A DNA stretch of 64,000 bases from positions 758,814 through 822,813 of the forward strand of contig CM082585.2 in assembly GCA_040954595.2 (NCBI GenBank), in the 5' to 3' direction. The notes below the pieces were generated by a model that was not told where the DNA came from, made no database searches, and saw only the letters and a list, made by a program, of their open reading frames with translations. Made by a program: the position numbers and the translations under genes. The number at the start of each line of letters is the position of its first letter. The stretch's first letter is position 1. The stretch is from Balanoglossus misakiensis (taxonomy: Eukaryota > Animalia > Hemichordata). Shown here one piece after another: positions 62,006 through 64,000 of this stretch.

Positions 62006-62816
62006 ATGTATAAGGTGATTTGGATGACCTCTGTCATAGAGTGCCATATCTCATCCCGTTGTACAGGTGCAGCTTTGGTATTTGGAGGGATGAAACTATC
62101 ATGAAATGCCAAATACAGGGGGATACCTTTGACACCTGCTTGATTCATGTATTACGTGCATACCTAATGTTAGGCAAAGTGAAAGGGCTGCAAATGTAGG
62201 ATTTGTTGCACAAGACATAAACAGGAATGAAATTTTTCTGTCAAATTTTTGAATGACCTCAGGTGTCCATTGACCTGCTTTCCATATGTTAGCATGCACA
62301 TCATATATAGCCACGTGTTTGGAGGGGTAGGGTAGGACCGTCATGAAATGCTAAATTCCTAGGGCCACCTGTAACTTACTTGCGTAACTCATTATTATGG
62401 CCATACCTAATTTTAAAAACCCAAAGGGCGAGAATTTTCCGTTGTCTTGAATATGAACCAAATAGGAATCCAAATTTTTGGCCCAATTTTTGGGTACCCT
62501 CAGCTGACCTTTGAAGTACTTAACTGAAGTCCTTACATAACGTAGAAGTTCACTTGTGGTTGTTGTGTTTGTACTTGTAGGACATCCATTTCGGGTGGTT
62601 GCCTACTTCCCCATATCTCCACATCCAGAGCAAATACAGCCTACGCAATTGAATGGTACAACCCTGAATGGAGTCTAATGGTTATTATCTCTATGCTTGG
62701 GCCCCTTCAATGCTGCTTGGAGCTTTAATTATTACTATTATTGTTGTCACGATATAAAGACACCAACTAAAAACTTACAAAATCACAATGTCTTCACAAC
62801 TCAAAATTTCACTCAC

Positions 62817-63908
62817 TTCTTTTAGTTTGGTAGCCACCCCTCCTTTCTGTCCTAGCATAACAGGAGCACCATCACTGCCCAAAGCAGACAGACGATCTCT
62901 TAAGACAATACCATTCTCTGAAGAAAACTCTTTCACTGACTGTGCAATGGTGTCTGCTCTGCCATCACCAACCTAAAACAGTGAAAATAAAACCTTGATG
63001 TTAACACATGCAATGTACAACTCAATGTTTGTCTCACCTGAAATAACTAGTCAGCAAAATCAATTAAATGAGGTCACTCAAAAACATGTTTAATCGTATG
63101 TTTTTAATTCAGTGTAGACTTAAAAATTGAAAAACTTTCCACTTACTTCTTTAACTCCAAGGAAAGACACAACTGACTTCCCAGACTTCAAGGTGTACTT
63201 GGAATAGATGATTAATTGCTTCAATACAGCCACATCAGTTGTTTTCATCTATTAACAGTGAATAGAAGTTACTTCCTTTCATCTTCTCTAAAATCTCATC
63301 ACGGATGACTTTGCCTGAAAAATGAAATAAATGAAAATTACTCTTCAGATTAAACTTATCAAAATTCACAGTAATTTGTACAGTAATTATTCTTTATTGA
63401 GTGTAACACTATTGCTTAAACAGTGATCCTTTCTTGAAAACAACCAGGTTTAAATAAATGTTACTACATTGCCTACAATTTAGATCTGCACAAAAATCAG
63501 TAGACCTACTTACCAATGCAATAAACCATTATAGTTGTGGTCATCACTGCTGAGAGTACCAAGGAATGAACACCCGAGGGACTTTGCCAATTCCAAAACA
63601 TGGATGAAGTTGGTGGTGTGCGGCAATTCTCTGTGCATGAGAAAATACATGCATCGTAGGACGCCGATGCATGAAGGCTTGCGTCTCAAAGGTGATGACC
63701 TTGTCAAATGCAGCCACAAGACCGCTGCTGTTCTCGATAACTGCTGCCTCGGCGTCAAGCTGCATTGCCGCCCGGTCGATAATCGTCTCTTCATGCTGCT
63801 TGAGTTTGTCTTCGCGAAGGGTGGTACATGTACATGGAGATGTTGTAACCCAAGTCCCTCCGCACTTGGCCTTCTGCTTGTGTTTTGTACAAAGGCGACA
63901 AAACATCC
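62817..63908 (-). pseudogene. Intron-containing hAT-family transposase remnant (ZNF862-like)
   Basis: Three GT-AG-bounded exons (63908-63514, 63314-63147, 62972-62817) encode MFCRLC (TTF-type zinc finger-like), MYFLMHRELPHTTNF, FYSLLIDE/TTDVA (frameshifted) and GSDGAPVMLGQKGGVATKLKE. Confidence 0.8.
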
Positions 63909-64000
63909 CTAAACTGAATAAATATCATTCTCTCAAATGCCAGCCGCATGCGGGAGCGTGCACCAGAAACAATAAATATTTACCAAGGCGGGAATGAAAA

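Larger units (their letters stand above)
52877..62140 (+). repeat. Segmental duplication copy B
   Basis: Colinear with 1652-17097. Lacks the Gypsy, lacks A 11662-11850 and about A 15858-16262, and has extra insertions at 58913 and 60840. Confidence 0.95.
56979..62730 (+). mobile_element. Complete Helentron/HINE-like element (about 2 kb of its own sequence) with nested insertions
   Basis: 5' hairpin GGGGACCAAG..CTTGGTCCCC; 3' subterminal inverted copy CTTGGGCCCC (62696-62705) followed by a degenerate short palindrome GCTGCTTGGAGC and TTTAATT. T-rich flanks, no TSD, internal ~230-250-bp diverged repeats. Confidence 0.7.

Noticed and set aside
1652-62140. Copies A and B as LTRs of one giant retroelement
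   Set aside because: No TG..CA ends, PBS, PPT or TSD; the right boundary cuts through the middle of another element; the interior is non-coding.

Overview
This is repeat-only animal genomic DNA, probably from a marine invertebrate (inferred from the TE repertoire and spliceosomal introns). I found no intact host gene, RNA gene or CRISPR array. The centre is a 35.4-kb uninterrupted head-to-tail satellite (17098-52497) with a 78-bp monomer, local higher-order repeats and variant domains. It lies between two direct copies of one TE-mosaic segment (A 1652-17097, B 52877-62140; about 98% identical by eye). Copy A carries a young full-length Ty3/Gypsy LTR retrotransposon (2361-9680, minus strand). 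It has 522-bp LTRs, a 4-bp TSD, TG...TA termini, a dUTPase-like insert, a C-terminal chromodomain and one nonsense codon in gag; its empty site survives in copy B. Both copies share TTAA-flanked palindromic MITEs and a Helentron/HINE-like element containing a decayed APE-RT LINE. In A that element is cut off exactly where the satellite starts. In B it is complete and also holds a Kolobok-type MITE and an L2 fragment with a nested hairpin element. An intron-containing, frameshifted hAT (ZNF862-like) transposase remnant lies at the right end. All identities and counts are manual estimates.
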